Below are positions 11,844-22,342 of a DNA stretch of 64,000 nucleotides, one piece after another (within the stretch, counting starts at the first letter, position 1; every line of letters begins with the position of its first letter). Both the position numbers and the translations under genes were made by a program. This DNA comes from Bacteroidota bacterium (lineage in GTDB: Bacteria > Bacteroidota > Bacteroidia > NS11-12g > UBA955): assembly GCA_947451105.1 (NCBI GenBank), contig CANFXY010000001.1:280-64279 (forward strand). Reading direction: 5' to 3'. The notes under the pieces are model-generated. The model did no database searches, was not told the origin of the DNA, and saw nothing but the letters and a program-made list of their open reading frames with translations.

Positions 11844-12859
11844 TGAAAAAGGATAATTTATATGTAGATTGTTCTGTTGGTGGTAGTGGGGACTTATGGA
11901 TGCGTTTGGTTGGGTTTTATTCAATGGCCATACTTAAGCCCAATTTAGAAATATATTTATTTGTAAAATTGTCTTTTAGGCCTTTTATGAAAAAAATATT
12001 TGGCGACAGACTTCATTTTGTTGATTCAAAGCCTAAACAAATGAAACTGACCTACACAGGCATTGGACTTAAAGATTTAATACCTTTAATACTCAAAGGG
12101 GAACGCTTTATTGCCCCTTTTCAAAGAATTGTAGTTGCAGAGAGAAAGCAAAAGTCGTTTAAAGACCCTATAAATTTGTTGTTATTTGGTGTTATGGATA
12201 AATTGGGGTTAATACATGTACCACCAACTAAAGTAATGTCTTCATATCATGGGTATTTGGAAACGGCAGGGATTAAAAAGTTAAGGGATGTTGCATATGA
12301 AACATTCAAAAATCAAGTTAATGAAGATTATCCAATACTTTATGAAAAACTCAATCAAGATTTACCGCTTTCTCCAGAGCTAATCATACCCGATGATATT
12401 GGTGAGAATATTGTGTTTTTTGCCAATGGAAATAGTCGACAATTTGCACCTTTATGGTGGGCTCAAAAACATTTTCCAATTGCATACTATGCATTTTTTC
12501 ACGAGGAAGAAGATTTGAAAATTTTCCGTGATGCTGGGATGAAGGTAATCCCATTTTACAAGGAAATTGGTGACATGGTGGAAATTTCTAAGCGTGCAAA
12601 ATGGACAGTTTGCACGGATAGTTTTTCTTCTCATGTTTTACAATCTTCAAATAAAAATTGTACAGTTTTAATTACTGAGGTGGTTCCTGAACGCGTAGTT
12701 TCTCCAGCTTTTAAAGGACCTGTAGTCGATAACGAGGTTGCATGTCATCCATGTGTTCACTCATGGAGGGTTATACCTTGCGAGGCCGGATTGTTTGAAT
12801 GTTTAAATTGGAAGAACAATCGATATACAGAAAATATTAAAAAATCTATTCCTCAATAA
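11843..12859 (+). CDS. Divergent GT9 (heptosyltransferase-like) glycosyltransferase
   Basis: N-terminal GGSGD, TDSFSSH (compare GT9 DSGxxH), C-terminal CHPC...C...C cluster; adjacent to DUF4254. Confidence 0.55.
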   Translation: MKKDNLYVDCSVGGSGDLWMRLVGFYSMAILKPNLEIYLFVKLSFRPFMKKIFGDRLHFVDSKPKQMKLTYTGIGLKDLIPLILKGERFIAPFQRIVVAERKQKSFKDPINLLLFGVMDKLGLIHVPPTKVMSSYHGYLETAGIKKLRDVAYETFKNQVNEDYPILYEKLNQDLPLSPELIIPDDIGENIVFFANGNSRQFAPLWWAQKHFPIAYYAFFHEEEDLKIFRDAGMKVIPFYKEIGDMVEISKRAKWTVCTDSFSSHVLQSSNKNCTVLITEVVPERVVSPAFKGPVVDNEVACHPCVHSWRVIPCEAGLFECLNWKNNRYTENIKKSIPQ

Positions 12860-12883
12860 AATTTAATTATTTCAAGTAAAGTC

Positions 12884-14008
12884 ATGAAAATTGTTTTCGT
12901 TTGTGGAAGTGTAGAAAGAGGTTGTGATGGTGTTGGGGATTATACACGACGATTGGCGCATTCTTTATTGTATGACAGACACGAGATTTTTATTATAGCA
13001 ATGCGCGATTCTTATGTCAATGAGCAGCAAAGGGAAATAATCGAATCTGAAATTGGGAAAATTAAAATATTAAGATTACCCAAAAGCATCAGTCTGAAAG
13101 AAAGTTCTTTAATAATTAAAAAAGAAATTAATGAAATAAACCCTGATTGGGTGAGTCTTCAATTTGTAATTTTTTCTTTTCACAACAAAGGACTTCCCTT
13201 TGGAATTGGACCTCTTTTGGGGAATTCCTTTAATGGCCATAATGTTCAAATTATGTTTCATGAATTATGGCTTGGAATAGGCAAATTCGAAAATATTAAG
13301 TACACAATTTGGGGTTTTTTTCAAAAAAGAATTATTTTATCTCTACTAAGTAATATAAAACCTAGATTAATTCATTCCAATTCAAGTTGGTATGCTAACC
13401 AACTCCGAAAAATCACAAAGTATGTAAGTGTATTGCCGCTTTTTTCAAATATTCCTCTAGTTTCTGAATATGCTAATAAAACCAAAGAAATAAATTTTTC
13501 GAAAATTAAATCGTTAAATTTTGTCTTATTTGGACATATTAGTTTACACGCGCCGGTTGAAGATTTTGTAAACGAACTATCTCTAATTTCAAAGTGCCAT
13601 CATAAGGATGTTGTCATTACTTTTTTGGGAAATAATAATTCTGATTTACAACGCTGGACTTCAGTTTGGAGTTCAACTTTCAAAGTAAATATTATGGGTC
13701 ATCAATCAGAAAGTAACATCTCAAAATATCTATCACAAGCTGACATTGGAATTTCTACTACTCCATACGCCCTACTGGATAAAAGTGGGTCATTTTACGC
13801 TTTACTTGACCATGCTCTACCTGTGATAAATGTTTCAGATTTGAATGACTTAAAAAAGGAAAGACTTGATTTTTTAGCTCCTAAAGGCTTGTTTCAATAC
13901 ACAATCGGTAATCTCGAAGAAATATTGATGAATCTAGAATTACCCGAAAAATTGAATCAATTAAACAACACGAGAGATAGGTTTTTAGATGATCTGAAAA
14001 GCAGTTAA
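12884..14008 (+). CDS. GT-B (GT4-like) glycosyltransferase
   Basis: DGVGDYTRRLA, MFHELW, KSGS...ALPV. Confidence 0.7.
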   Translation: MKIVFVCGSVERGCDGVGDYTRRLAHSLLYDRHEIFIIAMRDSYVNEQQREIIESEIGKIKILRLPKSISLKESSLIIKKEINEINPDWVSLQFVIFSFHNKGLPFGIGPLLGNSFNGHNVQIMFHELWLGIGKFENIKYTIWGFFQKRIILSLLSNIKPRLIHSNSSWYANQLRKITKYVSVLPLFSNIPLVSEYANKTKEINFSKIKSLNFVLFGHISLHAPVEDFVNELSLISKCHHKDVVITFLGNNNSDLQRWTSVWSSTFKVNIMGHQSESNISKYLSQADIGISTTPYALLDKSGSFYALLDHALPVINVSDLNDLKKERLDFLAPKGLFQYTIGNLEEILMNLELPEKLNQLNNTRDRFLDDLKSS

Positions 14009-14010
14009 AA

Positions 14011-15261
14011 ATGAGTAATAAAAGACAACAAATTATAGTTTCTCATCCTACAGGTAATGCCAATGTTAGGGCTGCACTTGACGGATTTTTGCAAAATGAT
14101 TTATTGGGTTCGTTTTTTACTTGCATTGCAACTCAGAATAAATCTTTTTTTAAATTGATATCAAAACTCCCAGGTATGTCAGAATTTAAACGAAGATCTT
14201 TTAATGAAAATCTTTCACCCTATATTCATTCGTATCCATATAATGAACTGCTGAGGTTGTTCTCTATGAAAGCCGGATTGAATCGCTTTGTGCAACATGA
14301 ACATGGCTTGTTTTCAGTAGATTCAATTTATCATGCTTTAGATATAAAAGTTGCAAAAGCAATCAAACAAGGGGATCAATATCGTGCTATTTATGCCTAT
14401 GAAGATGGGGCATTAAATTCATTTACTGAAGCTCGCCAAAATGGAATTAAGTGTTTATACGATTTGCCAATCGGATATTGGAAAGCTGCTAGAATATTAA
14501 TGTCTGAGGAAATTCAAAAAAGACCTGATTGGTCTGCGACCCTTTCTGGATTTAACGATTCAGAAAATAAAACCAATAAAAAGGATCAAGAATTAGCCCT
14601 GGCTGACCATATATATGTAGCAAGTTCCTTTACTGCAACTACTTTAAAACATTACAGTGGAACTTTAAGTAATATTAGCGTTTTAAATTACGGTTTTCCT
14701 GAAGTTTCAGAAATTAAAAATTATAAAAGAATAGAAAATCAGAAATTAAAGTTGTTATTTGTTGGTGGATTATCTCAGCGAAAAGGAATTGCTGATATTT
14801 TCGATGCCGTTAAACCACTAAAAGATTATGTTGATTTGACCATTGTTGGTCGCCTCCCAAATGATGATGTTCCAGTTTTAAAAAAGGCACTTGAAAATTG
14901 TAATTATATTCCTAGTTTAGCACATAGTGAAATTCTTAAATTGATGAAAGAAAATGATGTGTTGTTGTTCCCATCTTTATTTGAAGGTTTTGGTTTAGTT
15001 ATTACAGAGGCAATGTCACAAGGTACCCCAGTAATAACGACTAATAGAACTGTAGGACCAGATATCATTACCCATGGTGAAAACGGTTGGATTATAGAGG
15101 CTGGTAATCATATCGCCTTGAGAGAAATGATTGAGCAACTTATAGAAAAGCCTGAATTGATAGAATTGAATGGTCTTGCAGCCCGTAAATTAGCAGGTTC
15201 AAGACCTTGGAGTTTCTATGGTAATGAATTAGCGAAAAAAGTTATTGAAGTATTGGTTTGA
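14011..15261 (+). CDS. Glycosyltransferase family 4
   Basis: FVGGLSQRKG; FPSLFEGFGLVITEAMSQGTPVI (EX7E). Confidence 0.92.
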   Translation: MSNKRQQIIVSHPTGNANVRAALDGFLQNDLLGSFFTCIATQNKSFFKLISKLPGMSEFKRRSFNENLSPYIHSYPYNELLRLFSMKAGLNRFVQHEHGLFSVDSIYHALDIKVAKAIKQGDQYRAIYAYEDGALNSFTEARQNGIKCLYDLPIGYWKAARILMSEEIQKRPDWSATLSGFNDSENKTNKKDQELALADHIYVASSFTATTLKHYSGTLSNISVLNYGFPEVSEIKNYKRIENQKLKLLFVGGLSQRKGIADIFDAVKPLKDYVDLTIVGRLPNDDVPVLKKALENCNYIPSLAHSEILKLMKENDVLLFPSLFEGFGLVITEAMSQGTPVITTNRTVGPDIITHGENGWIIEAGNHIALREMIEQLIEKPELIELNGLAARKLAGSRPWSFYGNELAKKVIEVLV

Positions 15262-16592
15262 CAAGTGCAAAATTAAATATCGCAAATTCAAGTGAATTAA
15301 ATAATGTAGGAATAAATTTAATCAAGAAATTGGTATGGTTGTATTTTTTCTTGCTGATTTTTGAAGGCGCATTAAGAAAATGGATATTACCTGGTCTAGC
15401 AGCTCCATTGTTAATTATTCGAGATCCTGTTGCTCTTTTGGCGATATTAACTGCCTATAAATATAAATTATTGAAGTTTAATTTTTATTTGAATGCCATG
15501 GTTGTTTTAACACTAATTTCATTTATGGCTACAATGGCCTTTGGCCATGGCAACTTTTATGTCGCAATTTATGGTGCTAGAATTATATTATTGCACATTA
15601 CTTTTATGTTTATAATGGGGCAGGTGATTAATCATGATGATGTTGTAAAAATAGGAAAAGCTATTTTAATCATATCCATTCCTATGGTTTTTCTAACTGC
15701 GATGCAGTTTTACAGTCCTCAAACGGCACTCGTTAACAGAGGAATTGGCGGTAGTGCAGAGGGTGGTGGCTTCAGTGGCGGTGCTCAAGGTTTTTTTAGA
15801 CCCCCAGGTACATTTTCATTTACAGTTGGGAATGTTATGTTTTTTAGTGTGGTTTCGATTTTTGTATTGTATTTTCTTTTCAATCTAAAAAAAATAAATA
15901 AATTTATAATTTTTGGAGCTTCATTTGCATTGATTGCAGCAGTTCCATTATCAATAAGCCGTGGACTGCTATTCCAAGTTCTAATCGGCTTGATTTTTGT
16001 TGGAATTTCTATCTCAGGTGATGCTAAAAATTTTGGTAAATTACTAACCATTCTCTTTTCAGGACTTATAGTAATAGTGATACTTAAAGATACATCTTTT
16101 TTCCAAACTGCAACATCCGCTTTTACGGAAAGATTAGAAACCGCTAATGAATCGGAGGGTGGCATGGAAAGTATGTTTTTAGATAGATTTTTAGGCGGAC
16201 TTTTAGGGGCGCTAACTAATTCTAGCGAACTTCCACTTTGGGGTTTTGGGCTTGGATTGGGCACCAATGTTGGAGCTCAGCTCTTGTACGGCAATTCCAT
16301 GTTTTTAATTGCTGAGGGTGATTGGGGTCGAACAATTGGAGAAATGGGGCCTCTTTTGGGGATACTAATTATTTTCATAAGGAGTTCTTTTGTGTTTTCA
16401 CTTTTCTTTAAGTCCTACTCAAAAATTAAAGACGGTGACGTATTGCCTTGGCTGCTAATGAGCTTCGGTTTTCTGCTTTTACTTCAAGGTCAATTGGCCC
16501 AGCCAACTTCACTTGGTTTTTTTGTTTTAGTAGGTGGCTTGGTTCTAGGTAGTTTCAAAAATAATAGACCTCTTCAAAACAATACAAATTAA
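15258..16592 (+). CDS. Polysaccharide polymerase (Wzy-like) membrane protein
   Basis: About 11-12 TM helices; LIFEGALRKW; RPPGTFS; SISRG; periplasmic loop with GxGLG; located in a Wzx/Wzc operon. TTG start overlaps the previous stop. Confidence 0.7.
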   Translation: MTSAKLNIANSSELNNVGINLIKKLVWLYFFLLIFEGALRKWILPGLAAPLLIIRDPVALLAILTAYKYKLLKFNFYLNAMVVLTLISFMATMAFGHGNFYVAIYGARIILLHITFMFIMGQVINHDDVVKIGKAILIISIPMVFLTAMQFYSPQTALVNRGIGGSAEGGGFSGGAQGFFRPPGTFSFTVGNVMFFSVVSIFVLYFLFNLKKINKFIIFGASFALIAAVPLSISRGLLFQVLIGLIFVGISISGDAKNFGKLLTILFSGLIVIVILKDTSFFQTATSAFTERLETANESEGGMESMFLDRFLGGLLGALTNSSELPLWGFGLGLGTNVGAQLLYGNSMFLIAEGDWGRTIGEMGPLLGILIIFIRSSFVFSLFFKSYSKIKDGDVLPWLLMSFGFLLLLQGQLAQPTSLGFFVLVGGLVLGSFKNNRPLQNNTN

Positions 16593-17753
16593 ATGAATAG
16601 AAAAACAACCCAAATTATTCTAATTGGGAATTATTTACCTGATAGACTAGAAAGTATGATTCGGTTTTCTAGTATGTTAAATAAAAATCTTAAGAGTAAG
16701 AATCTTAATGTTAAAGAATTGCTCCCTAAGGTTGTTTTTGGAAGATTTGTCAGTAAAACCCATATGGGTATTGGGAAATGGATAGCATACATAGATAAAT
16801 TTATACTCTTCCCAATTGTTTTAATAATCTATTCGCTAAAATTTAAATTTTCATCAAAAAAATATGTATTTCACATATGCGACCATTCAAATGCGATGTA
16901 TGCATTTTTTTTACCTAAAAGTGCGGTGATGATTACATGTCACGATGTACTCGCAATAAGGGGTTCAATGGGTTTTACTGATTCATATTGTGAATCAAGT
17001 CCAACTGGGAAAATACTACAAAAATGGATATTATATTCTCTTAAGAAAATTCGTAAAATCGCTTTTGTTTCAAAATTTACACTAGGACAATTTAAAGAGA
17101 TATATCCAAATGCCCCGTTAAAATATGATTATAGATTAATTTATTGTTCTTTTAGTTCTAATTTTTACCATTTAGATTTAGAGTTAGCTTATGAAGAACT
17201 TAAAGATTATCCGGTTTTAATTAATACACCTTTTGTTTTGCATGTTGGAAATGGTCACAAAAGGAAAAACCGTAAATTATTAATTGAATTTCTTATTAAA
17301 GTTAAAGATTCTTGGAATGGAAATATATGTTTTGTTGGTGAAGATTTGGATTCAGACAGTTTAGCTTTGGTCAATCAGTACCAATTAAGTTCAAGGATAA
17401 TAGTTTTTAATAGTGTAAATAATCACAGGCTGCTTGCCTTGTATAGGCTTTGCAATGTTTTTATGTTTCCTTCGTTTTCAGAAGGTTTCGGAATGCCTGC
17501 ACTTGAAGCACAGGCTTGCGGTACTCCGCTTATAACAAGTTGTATTGAGCCTATGCCTGAGATTTCAGGACCAAATTCTATATTTGCGAATCCAAACAAC
17601 CCTAATGATTTTGTCGATGCATTTATGTATCTGCAAGATGAAAACAATAGGAAAAAAAATATTGAATTTGGATTTGAAAATATTAAGCGATTTGAACTCG
17701 ACAAAGTAATAAATAGTTATATAGAATTTTATTTTTCTAATTCAAATGTGTAA
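16593..17753 (+). CDS. Glycosyltransferase family 4
   Basis: TCHD; RKN; FPSFSEGFGMPALEAQACGTP. Confidence 0.92.
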   Translation: MNRKTTQIILIGNYLPDRLESMIRFSSMLNKNLKSKNLNVKELLPKVVFGRFVSKTHMGIGKWIAYIDKFILFPIVLIIYSLKFKFSSKKYVFHICDHSNAMYAFFLPKSAVMITCHDVLAIRGSMGFTDSYCESSPTGKILQKWILYSLKKIRKIAFVSKFTLGQFKEIYPNAPLKYDYRLIYCSFSSNFYHLDLELAYEELKDYPVLINTPFVLHVGNGHKRKNRKLLIEFLIKVKDSWNGNICFVGEDLDSDSLALVNQYQLSSRIIVFNSVNNHRLLALYRLCNVFMFPSFSEGFGMPALEAQACGTPLITSCIEPMPEISGPNSIFANPNNPNDFVDAFMYLQDENNRKKNIEFGFENIKRFELDKVINSYIEFYFSNSNV

Positions 17754-17754
17754 A

Positions 17755-17880
17755 ATGATGAAAGAGCTAAGAATATCATTCGCTAGTATTCCAGTATTTT
17801 ACTTTGTTGGGATTTTTGCTTTAAAGACGACTTGTTTTATGAATATAAATTTTTTAATAGTTTTATTATGTGCGGTATAG
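17755..17880 (+). CDS. Possible 41-aa hydrophobic small protein
   Basis: MMKELRISFASIPVFYFVGIFALKTTCFMNINFLIVLLCAV. Starts 1 nt after the upstream stop and overlaps the asnB start. Confidence 0.3.
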   Translation: MMKELRISFASIPVFYFVGIFALKTTCFMNINFLIVLLCAV

Positions 17881-19724
17881 TTGGATTAATTGGCTTTAAT
17901 AAAGAAATTGCCAATCCTAAAATTCAAGCAATGAATCAGTTTATTGAGCATCGTGGGCCAGATGCTGAAGGCTTTTTTATTGAAGATGGGATTGCTTTGG
18001 GTCATAGAAGATTATCTATAATTGATCTTGCTCATGCAGCAAATCAACCCATGTTTGATCAAGAAAATCGACATGTTATAATTTTTAATGGTGAAATATA
18101 TAATTATAAAGAAATTCAAAGTCAATTAGATTATCCTTGGAAAACAAACTCAGACACTGAAGTAATCTTGGCTGCCTATAAAAAATGGGGAAAAGATTGT
18201 CTTTCTAAATTTAATGGAATGTTTGCATTTGCTATATGGGATAAAGTCGATAAAACGCTTTTCATGGCAAGAGATCGAATTGGAATTAAACCATTATACT
18301 ATGTATTTAAAGATGGCAAATTTGCTTTTTCATCAGAAATGCGAAGTTTATTACAATCAGAATTAATTGATAAACAAATCGACAGAGATGGTTTGTGCGA
18401 ATATTTGTCAAGAATTGCGGTCAAAACACCAAGAACTATTTTGAAAGATCTTTATCAACTATTGCCTGGGCATTATGCAATTTTTGAGGCAAATGAATTT
18501 CAATCTTTTGAATATTGGAATATAGTTCAGGAAATAGATGTAAAAAATCAACCTAAAACGATTGAAGAAGCAAGATCAAAGACAAAAGTTTTATTCGAAC
18601 AATCAATACGTCGACGCATGGTGGCAGATGTCAAAGTTGGTGCTTTTCTCTCTGGTGGTATCGATTCTTCGGCTGCAGTTGCCTGCATGTCCATGCAAAG
18701 TGAATCACCAATTTCAACTTTTTCTATTGTTTTTGATGAAAAAGAATTTGATGAATCAGTTTATGCCAAAATGGTTGCAGAAAAATATAAGACAGATCAT
18801 ACAGAAATCAAATTGCGCCCAAGCATTCTTATAGAAGAGCTGCCAGGTTTCTTCTCTGATATGGATTCTCCAACCGTTGATGGCATTAACACGTACATCG
18901 TTTCTAAATTGGTCAAAAAAACCGGTATAAAAGTGGTTTTGTCAGGACTAGGTGGTGACGAATTGTTCGCGGGGTACAGTAATTTTAACCGTTGGACTAA
19001 ATACAAAAAATACGGCTGGATTTTGACCAATTCAATGAGCAAAATTTTCGTTTCATTATGTATGAAATTTTTATCAAATAGAGCACTTTCAAAAATTTAT
19101 GATTTGCAGCAGGTCAAGGAAAATGGACTTACTCAATTTTATGGAAATAGCCGACGAATTTTTCTAAAACATGAACTCGAACAATTATTAGATAAACCCA
19201 AGCACATAGAAAATCCTGATTGGATTGATTTAAATAGTAATCTATTAAAGAAATATCCTACACTTAGTCAATACTCGGTAGCCGAAATCAGCAACTATAC
19301 ATTAGATGTTCTACTCAAAGATACAGATCAAATGAGCATGGCATGGGCGCTAGAAATTCGTGAACCTTTTTTTGATTATGAATTGATCGAATACGTTTTA
19401 AGCGTTCAAGATCAATTTAAAATGGAAAAGGGAACACCTAAGGCACTATTAGTTAAAGCACTTGGGGATTTGTTGCCAAATGAAATTGTTTACAGGCCTA
19501 AAAAAGGTTTCTCTTTCCCATGGAACAATTGGTTGAGAAACGAGTTGAAAGATTATTGTCAAGCTTCAATTGAGCGTTTAGAATCTAAGGGTTTGTTTAA
19601 AAAAGACAGTTTGAATAATTACTGGAATCGATTTTTGAATCATGACAAGGCAATTACTTGGACACATGTATGGTCTTTTGTAGTTCTTGAAAAATGGATG
19701 AGTGAAAATGATATAAAAGCGTAA
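17868..19724 (+). CDS. asnB: Asparagine synthase (glutamine-hydrolysing)-like amidotransferase
   Basis: Ntn Cys2 MCGI (start at 17868), HRGPD, GHRRLSIID, FNGEIYNY, SDTEV, LSGGIDSS, LSGLGGDE, KKGF. Confidence 0.93.
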   Translation: MCGIVGLIGFNKEIANPKIQAMNQFIEHRGPDAEGFFIEDGIALGHRRLSIIDLAHAANQPMFDQENRHVIIFNGEIYNYKEIQSQLDYPWKTNSDTEVILAAYKKWGKDCLSKFNGMFAFAIWDKVDKTLFMARDRIGIKPLYYVFKDGKFAFSSEMRSLLQSELIDKQIDRDGLCEYLSRIAVKTPRTILKDLYQLLPGHYAIFEANEFQSFEYWNIVQEIDVKNQPKTIEEARSKTKVLFEQSIRRRMVADVKVGAFLSGGIDSSAAVACMSMQSESPISTFSIVFDEKEFDESVYAKMVAEKYKTDHTEIKLRPSILIEELPGFFSDMDSPTVDGINTYIVSKLVKKTGIKVVLSGLGGDELFAGYSNFNRWTKYKKYGWILTNSMSKIFVSLCMKFLSNRALSKIYDLQQVKENGLTQFYGNSRRIFLKHELEQLLDKPKHIENPDWIDLNSNLLKKYPTLSQYSVAEISNYTLDVLLKDTDQMSMAWALEIREPFFDYELIEYVLSVQDQFKMEKGTPKALLVKALGDLLPNEIVYRPKKGFSFPWNNWLRNELKDYCQASIERLESKGLFKKDSLNNYWNRFLNHDKAITWTHVWSFVVLEKWMSENDIKA

Positions 19725-19725
19725 A

Positions 19726-20913
19726 ATGAAAGTTCTGAGAGTCATAACGAGTATGGATTCATCAAAGGGCGGTCCATGTCAAGGGATTAGAAATTCTATT
19801 CCAGCACTTAGAGAATTTGACGTAGAAACTCATGTTGTTTGTTTGGATGATCCCAACGCTGATTTTTTAGGTAATGATGACTTCACCATTTTTGCTCTCG
19901 GCGCTTCTTCAGGACCCTGGGCTAAAAATACAAAATTGGGAAATTGGTTGCTTCTACATGCAACTGAATACGACGTTATTATAGTACATGGTATATGGCA
20001 GTACCATATATACGCAGTGAGAAAGGCATTAAACCACCTCAAAAAAACAAACTCTACTTTACCTAGATTTTATATAATGCCACATGGGATGCTAGATCCC
20101 TATTTTCAAAAGGCTGAAAGTAGAAAAATTAAAGCATTAAGAAATTTTATATATTGGCATTTAATTGAATATAAATCAATCCGCCAAGCAGATGCGATTT
20201 TGTTTACCTGTGAAGAGGAATTGCGTTTGGCAAGAACCACATTCTCGCGCTATAATCCCAAAAAAGAATTGAATATTGGATATGGAATTCCTTCAGTTGC
20301 GCCATATTCAGATACTATGCAAAAAGCATTTTTGGAAATAAGCGATTTGTCGCCTAATGAAAAATATTTTCTATTTTTAAGCCGCATTCACCCTAAAAAA
20401 GGGGTTGATATTTTAATTGATGTTTACATTGAAATGATCAATTCCAATAAATATCTAGTATCAAATATACCTTCATTAGTCATCGCGGGTCCCGGGATGG
20501 ATAGCAGTTATGGCCGGGAATTGTTGAAAAAAGTTCAAGATAATCAACTTGAGAAAAAAATCATATTTACAGGCATGCTAAGCAATGATTCAAAATGGGG
20601 TGCGTTCTATGGTGCAGAAGCATATGTTTTATGCAGTCACCAAGAAAATTTTGGTATATCTGTAGTTGAATCATTGGCTTGTTCAAAACCAGTTATCATC
20701 TCAAATCAAATCAATATTTGGAGAGAAATTGAATCAGAAAATGCAGGTATAATATGCAATGTAACTAAAGAAGGTTTAAGTTCTGCTTTTGTCAAATGGT
20801 TCGATCTTTCATTTAGACAGAAAGAACTAATGCAAATAAATGCAAAGAATGTATATTTGAAATATTTTCATACGAATTCTACAGCAAAAAAAATGTTTGA
20901 TTCTATAAAATAA
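19726..20913 (+). CDS. Glycosyltransferase family 4
   Basis: PHGMLDP; FLSRIHPKKG; SHQENFGISVVESLAC. Confidence 0.9.
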   Translation: MKVLRVITSMDSSKGGPCQGIRNSIPALREFDVETHVVCLDDPNADFLGNDDFTIFALGASSGPWAKNTKLGNWLLLHATEYDVIIVHGIWQYHIYAVRKALNHLKKTNSTLPRFYIMPHGMLDPYFQKAESRKIKALRNFIYWHLIEYKSIRQADAILFTCEEELRLARTTFSRYNPKKELNIGYGIPSVAPYSDTMQKAFLEISDLSPNEKYFLFLSRIHPKKGVDILIDVYIEMINSNKYLVSNIPSLVIAGPGMDSSYGRELLKKVQDNQLEKKIIFTGMLSNDSKWGAFYGAEAYVLCSHQENFGISVVESLACSKPVIISNQINIWREIESENAGIICNVTKEGLSSAFVKWFDLSFRQKELMQINAKNVYLKYFHTNSTAKKMFDSIK

Positions 20914-20914
20914 T

Positions 20915-21469
20915 ATGGCTGCACACAATCAAGATACATTCAATGGACCTTCCTTCTCATTAAGTAATAGAATTGCTCGAGTGGTTTGGAATTTTGCCTA
21001 TCTCATGTTGTTTAGATTTTCGCCAAAACCGATGCATGCTTGGCGGTCTTTTTTATTGAGATTGTTTGGTGCTAAAGTAGGAAAGAAAGTCCATGTTTAT
21101 CCGAAAGTTAGTATATGGGCTCCATGGAATTTAATTTTAAAAGATGGCTGTGGAATCGCAAATGGTGCTATTTTATATGCCCAAGATAAAATTACCATTG
21201 GTGTGAAAACAGTGGTATCTCAAGGAGCCCACATTTGTGCAGGTACCCACGATTACAATACCGAGGGATTTATATTAATAACAAAGCCAATCACAATAGG
21301 CGACCATGTTTGGATTGCAACAGAAGCATTTATACACCCCGGTGTAACAATTGGAGATGGTGCTGTTATAGGTGCTAGAGCAGTGGTTGGTAAGTCTATG
21401 CCCGAATGGATGATTTGCAGTGGCCATCCATGTGTGCCAATTAAATCTAGAAAAGAGTTTCAAATTTAA
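20915..21469 (+). CDS. wcaF: WcaF-like hexapeptide O-acetyltransferase
   Basis: LLRLFGAKVG, PWNL, SQGAHICAGTHD, hexapeptide repeats. Confidence 0.88.
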   Translation: MAAHNQDTFNGPSFSLSNRIARVVWNFAYLMLFRFSPKPMHAWRSFLLRLFGAKVGKKVHVYPKVSIWAPWNLILKDGCGIANGAILYAQDKITIGVKTVVSQGAHICAGTHDYNTEGFILITKPITIGDHVWIATEAFIHPGVTIGDGAVIGARAVVGKSMPEWMICSGHPCVPIKSRKEFQI

Positions 21470-21514
21470 TCAGGGATATTTTTCGATAAACATCAAATTT
21501 AGTACATTTAAAAC

Positions 21515-22342
21515 ATGCTTGATATAACCATTGCAATTCCGGTCCTTAACGAAGAAAAAAACCTCCCTGGTTGTTTGGATGCTATAGGAAAAGATTTTGT
21601 TACAAAAATCATTCTCATAGATTCAGGCAGCACAGATAAAACTAAAGATATTGCAAATCAATATGGCATTGAAGTATTGGATTTTAATTGGGATGGAAAA
21701 TTTCCTAAAAAACGCAATTGGTTTTTACGCCAGCACACACCTTCAACCAAGTGGGTTCTTTTTTTAGATGCGGATGAATATTTAACTGTTGAATTCAAAA
21801 ATGAACTCAAAAGAATTCTGAATAGCACTGATTTTAATGGTTTTTGGCTCTCATATACAATTTATTTCATGGGTGAAAAACTAAAAGGAGGTTACCCGCT
21901 TCATAAATTGGCGCTTTTTAAAGTTGGTGCTGGCGAATACGAAAGAATTGATGAAGATCAATGGAGCAAATTAGACATGGAAATCCATGAGCATCCAATA
22001 ATAGAAGGCAAAATAGGAGAGATCAAGAGCAAGATTGATCATCAAGATTTTAGAGGCGCGGAGCATTATGTCCGCAAACATAATGAATATGCTTCATGGG
22101 AAGCCGCACGTTTTTTGAAATCGGTTAACGATCCTACTATTTTTACTCAATGGACTTGGAAACAAAAACTTAAATACCGCTTGATGAAAAGTGTTTGGCT
22201 TGGACCGGCTTTTTTCTTTGGCAGTTTTTTTCTTTTGGGAGGAATAAGAGACGGTAGGAGAGGATTTGCCTTTGCGATTTTCAAAATGTCTTACTTCACA
22301 CTTATTTATTGTAAAATAAAAGAAATGCAAAATCAGAAATGA
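21515..22342 (+). CDS. Glycosyltransferase family 2
   Basis: IPVLNEE, DSGSTD, KKRNW, FLDADE, IHEH. Confidence 0.92.
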   Translation: MLDITIAIPVLNEEKNLPGCLDAIGKDFVTKIILIDSGSTDKTKDIANQYGIEVLDFNWDGKFPKKRNWFLRQHTPSTKWVLFLDADEYLTVEFKNELKRILNSTDFNGFWLSYTIYFMGEKLKGGYPLHKLALFKVGAGEYERIDEDQWSKLDMEIHEHPIIEGKIGEIKSKIDHQDFRGAEHYVRKHNEYASWEAARFLKSVNDPTIFTQWTWKQKLKYRLMKSVWLGPAFFFGSFFLLGGIRDGRRGFAFAIFKMSYFTLIYCKIKEMQNQK

